From NCBI GenBank assembly GCA_036501485.1, contig DASYAG010000122.1, positions 5,446-69,445 of the forward strand: a stretch of DNA of 64,000 nucleotides, written 5' to 3'. The notes under the pieces are model-generated. The model was not told the origin of the DNA and made no database searches. It was given only the letters and a program-made list of their open reading frames with translations. Positions 60,545-64,000 of the stretch are shown piece after piece. A program made the translations under genes and the position numbers. How positions within the stretch are numbered: position 1 is the first letter of the stretch; every line of letters starts with the position of its first letter. Origin of the DNA: Acidothermaceae bacterium (GTDB taxonomy: Bacteria; Actinomycetota; Actinomycetes; Acidothermales; Acidothermaceae).

Positions 60545-62587
60545 TTGAGCACGTACCTGCTTTTCCTGATGCTCGGGCTCGGCGCCGGGTCGGTGTACGC
60601 GCTGCTCGGGCTCGGGATGGTGCTGAAGTACCGCAGCACCGGCGTGGTCGACTTCGCTCAGGGTGCGGTCGCGATGTTCGGCGCCTACGTCTTCTTGAAG
60701 CTGCGTACCACCGGTGAGTTGCAGCTGCCGTGGGTGGCGCTGAAGCATCAGGTGCCGCTGTCGTCACACGGCATATCGTTATGGCCCGCGCTATTGATCA
60801 CCTTGGTCTACGGCACTTTGCTCGGGCTGCTCATCTTCGTGCTGGTCTACCGCCCGTTGCTGCGCGCCGCACCGCTCACGAAAGTCTGCGCATCGGTCGG
60901 CGTAATGCTCGCACTGACCGCGATTGCAGTCCTCGACTTCGGCACTACTGCCATCTCAGCGCCGCCGATCCTGCCGAGTCGCAGCATCAAGATCGCCGAT
61001 GTGCAGGTGCCGTCCGATCGGCTCTACCTGGCTGGCATCGTCATTGTCGTCGCGGTTGCATTGTCGATGACCTATCGCTTTACGCACTTCGGCTTGGCCA
61101 CGCGGGCCGGTGCCGAGAACGAAACCGGCGCGGCACTCATCGGCATCTCGGGCCCGTCGATCGCGGCCCGCAACTGGATGATCGCGACGCTGCTCGCGAC
61201 CCTGTCGGGCGTGCTGATCACACCGATCTCATCGCTCGACCCGACGTCGTACACGCTGTTTGTAGTGCCGGCACTTGGTGCGGTGTTGATCGGTAGGTTC
61301 CAGTCATTCTGGATCACCGCTGTCGCCGGGCTTGGGCTCGGCGTCGTGCAGTCCGAGCTGATCAAGTTGCAGACGGTGTGGAGTTGGTTGCCGAAGCAGG
61401 GACTCTCCGACGGCGTGCCATTCCTCATCATCTTGGTCACCATGACGCTGTCGGCGCGCCGCATCGGCGCTCGCGGTTCGACCGGCGCGCTCCGCAATCC
61501 ATCGCTCGGCCGACCCACCCGCCCCGTCGCGACTTCCCTCATCATGTTCGTGCTTGGGTTCGTCGTGCTTGTCTCGCTGCACGGATTCTTGCGGGCTGCC
61601 TTCATGGCGTCGCTGGTCACGATGTGTATCGCGTTCTCGCTTGTCGTGCTGACTGGTTACGTCGGTCAGGTATCGCTGGCGCAGATGTCGTTTGCCGGCA
61701 TCGGTGCGTTCACGTTGACGCACTACGCCAATGAATACGGGATTCCGTTCCCGATTTCGCTCATCATGGCCGCACTCACCGTGGTGCCGATCGGCATCCT
61801 CATCGGATTGCCGGCGCTGCGCGTGCGAGGAGTCAACCTCGCGGTCGTGACGCTGGCCGCGGCGGCCGCAATGGATGCGCTGGTCTTCAGCAACGTCGGC
61901 TTCACGGGCGGGCTTGGCGGCCGGTCGATCGGGTCGCCGCATCTGTTCGGCTTCAATCTCGGCATCTCCGAGGGGCACAACTATCCGCGCGTCGTGTTCG
62001 GCGTCCTGCTGCTTGTGATCGTGACGTTCGTGGGTTACTGCGTCGCCCGATTGCGGACGTCGGCGACCGGGCGAATGCTCGTCGCTGTCCGCTCGAACGA
62101 ACGAGCGGCCTCCGCGGTCGGGATCCGCGTTGCTCCGGTCAAGCTTTACGTCTTCGCCCTCTCGGCATTCATCGCCGGCATCGGCGGTTCGCTGCTCGCC
62201 TACGAACAAGGGACCGTGTCATCAGCATCGTTCAACGTGCAAACTTCGCTGGCGTTGCTCGCCGTCGCCTACGTGGCCGGTATCGGCCGCATCGCAGGTG
62301 CGGTCATTGCCGGCTTGATGTTCGCCTCTGACGGGCTGTTCGTGTCGTTCCTCGACAAGGAACTGCACATCGGCCAGTACCAGACGATCGTCGCAGGTGT
62401 TGCTTTGGCGTTCACGGCCATCAAGAACCCGGACGGCGTCGCCAGTGAGGTGGCCGGTGAGAAGGGACCCGCACCCCGCGTCGTTCGGCTACGCGACCGC
62501 CTGTTGCCGCACACGACCCGCACACACGCCGCGACGCATGCGGCAGCGGAGCTGGAAACCACGCCGACGCCTGCCAGCCGCGTCTGA
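60545..62587 (+). CDS. Fused LivH-LivM type branched-chain amino acid ABC permease
   Basis: TTG start. The N-terminal half is LivH-like (GSVYALLGLGMVLKYRSTGVVDFAQG). The C-terminal half is LivM-like (LVVLTGYVGQVSLAQMSFAGIGAF). Both lie in one 680-aa ORF. Confidence 0.85.
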   Translation: MSTYLLFLMLGLGAGSVYALLGLGMVLKYRSTGVVDFAQGAVAMFGAYVFLKLRTTGELQLPWVALKHQVPLSSHGISLWPALLITLVYGTLLGLLIFVLVYRPLLRAAPLTKVCASVGVMLALTAIAVLDFGTTAISAPPILPSRSIKIADVQVPSDRLYLAGIVIVVAVALSMTYRFTHFGLATRAGAENETGAALIGISGPSIAARNWMIATLLATLSGVLITPISSLDPTSYTLFVVPALGAVLIGRFQSFWITAVAGLGLGVVQSELIKLQTVWSWLPKQGLSDGVPFLIILVTMTLSARRIGARGSTGALRNPSLGRPTRPVATSLIMFVLGFVVLVSLHGFLRAAFMASLVTMCIAFSLVVLTGYVGQVSLAQMSFAGIGAFTLTHYANEYGIPFPISLIMAALTVVPIGILIGLPALRVRGVNLAVVTLAAAAAMDALVFSNVGFTGGLGGRSIGSPHLFGFNLGISEGHNYPRVVFGVLLLVIVTFVGYCVARLRTSATGRMLVAVRSNERAASAVGIRVAPVKLYVFALSAFIAGIGGSLLAYEQGTVSSASFNVQTSLALLAVAYVAGIGRIAGAVIAGLMFASDGLFVSFLDKELHIGQYQTIVAGVALAFTAIKNPDGVASEVAGEKGPAPRVVRLRDRLLPHTTRTHAATHAAAELETTPTPASRV

Positions 62588-62588
62588 C

Positions 62589-63427
62589 GTGGAGAACGTC
62601 AAGGCCGGTGCGGGTCCCATCCGTTACGGCAACCCGCCTGATGCGGCCGCGCTCCTGCAGCGCCGGCTGTGGGGAAGCGATCCCGTCGGCTGGGCGCTAT
62701 TTGCCGAGCCGCACAACGCACTGCTGTTCGAGGCTGTGCTCGCCGCTGCCGGGGTAGGGCCTGGAACCAACTTGCTCGACGTCGGCTGCGGTACCGGCGC
62801 CGCCATGCGGTTGGCGCACGACCGCGGCGCAAGTGTGGCTGGCGTTGACGTGACGCCGGGGCTGCTTGCGATTGCGGCGCAGCGGCTGCCCGATGCCGAG
62901 CTGTGGTGTGGCGATCTGAGTGAGCTGCCGTTCCCGGACGGCGGCTTCGACGCGGTTGTCGGCATCAACGCCTTTCAGTTCGCGGGCGATCCGAGGGCCG
63001 CGTTGGTCGAAGCTGCGCGCGTCACCAAACCGGCGGCGTCGTAGCTGTCGGCATGTTCGCCGAACCGCAACGGTGCGAGTCGACGGCGATCCACCTCGCG
63101 ATGGCAGCGCTGAGCCCTCCTGCGCGCGACGCCGACCATGCGCCTTACGCGCTCTCGGCGCCAGGCAACCTCGAGGCGGCTATGACCGCCGCCGGCCTGG
63201 AGTTGTCAGGGGCGGGGGAGGTGCCGTTGTCATGGCACTACGCGACCGTTGCCGACGCCGTGCGCGGGCTGCTCAGCTCGGCGGGCGCCACTCGGGCGGT
63301 CGAAGACGTCGGAGAGCAGGCGGTGCGCGCGACCGTCGAAGGCGCACTCGCGCCGTTCGCTGCAGTAGACGGCTCGGTCACTATGCGCAACGTCTTCCGA
63401 TGGGTCGCCGCCCGCCGACTCCGCTAG
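62589..63427 (+). pseudogene. Class I SAM-dependent methyltransferase interrupted by a 1-nt frameshift
   Basis: Motif I LLDVGCGTGAAM lies in frame A, which ends at TAG 63042..63044. Frame B continues upstream of ATG 63053 as GGVVAVGMFAEP. Restoring one G in the CCGG run near 63030..63033 would give ...RVTKPGGVVAVGMF..., the canonical post-II motif. Confidence 0.6.
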
Positions 63428-63600
63428 GTGCGTACGGCAGCCCGCCAACCCGGCGTCCCGACTCTTCGCAGTGCCGCGGACTCAACTTCACATCCGGTGT
63501 GGCTGTTCGAACCGTGCAAATCGGGCGCGAACACGACCACATGGGATGTGAAGTCGAGATGGCAAGCGGACGGCGGGGTGGCGCGCGTCGCGTCGCAGCG

Positions 63601-64000
63601 TCAGACGAAGGTCTGGCGGATCTCGCCGATCTGGTCGATCGTGCTCAGCAGCGTTTCGCCGGGTTGCAGGTAGCGCGGCGGGGTGCGTCGGTTGCCGACT
63701 CCGGCCGGTGTGCCGGTGAAGATGAGATCGCCCGGGAAGAGTTCGCACACCGCCGAGAGCCGCGCCACCAGGTCATCGACGGAAAAGATCATCTCTGAGG
63801 TGCGGCCGCGTTGCATCTGCTCTCCGTCCAGCGTGCAGGCGAAGCCGATGTCATCGCGGTCGGCGAACTCGTCTGGGGTGACTGCGACCGGTCCGGTTGG
63901 ACCGAAGCCGGCATGCGACTTGCCGAGCGAGAACTGTGGCGGCTTGCCGGTACTTTGCAGCACGCGCTCCGACAGGTCTTGCCCGATCGTGAGACCGGCC
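63601..64000 (-). CDS. Fumarylacetoacetate hydrolase (FAH) family protein, C-terminal part (5' end outside window)
   Basis: ...GKS..GFGPTGPV..., MIFSVDDLVARLS and LFPGDLIFTGTPAGVG are FAH-family motifs. The reading frame stays open to the window edge. Confidence 0.8.
   Translation of the reverse strand, partial: AGLTIGQDLSERVLQSTGKPPQFSLGKSHAGFGPTGPVAVTPDEFADRDDIGFACTLDGEQMQRGRTSEMIFSVDDLVARLSAVCELFPGDLIFTGTPAGVGNRRTPPRYLQPGETLLSTIDQIGEIRQTFV

Overview
High-GC actinobacterial chromosome segment. It is dominated by the conserved housekeeping block holA-rpsT-lepA-hemW-hrcA-dnaJ-rsmE-phoH-ybeY-era-leuA-recO-uppS-glyS-ppdK-dgt-dnaG, plus a sigma-70 gene and tRNA-Asn. The second half holds cell-envelope genes (LCP, polysaccharide deacetylase, YVTN propeller), a DyP peroxidase-encapsulin pair, an oxidoreductase cluster and a Liv-type ABC transporter. 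I saw no rRNA, CRISPR array, transposase or integrase. The clearest accessory element is a lower-GC four-gene minus-strand insertion between glyS and ppdK (about 29.3-32.3 kb). It encodes a small helical protein with a C-terminal YxxxD motif, a 223-aa orphan protein, a 456-aa protein and a translationally coupled CdiI-like immunity protein. The 456-aa protein has a WxG helical N-terminus, a hydrophobic central segment and an RNase-A-like (CdiA-CT-type) C-terminus. An identical 13-nt motif precedes both transcription-unit starts. I read this as a type VII secretion-style polymorphic toxin module with uncharacterised accessory parts. Other points of interest: a GAF-kinase-receiver-LuxR fusion lacking both phospho-acceptor residues; a four-leucine leader peptide with an anti-Shine-Dalgarno element upstream of leuA; two ECF sigma modules with unusual partner proteins; a tandem 9-bp repeat in one ECF promoter region; a frameshifted methyltransferase; and a cell-wall-binding-repeat protein with a duplicated Cys-containing module. 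All family assignments rest on motif recognition by eye and need HMM or structure confirmation.
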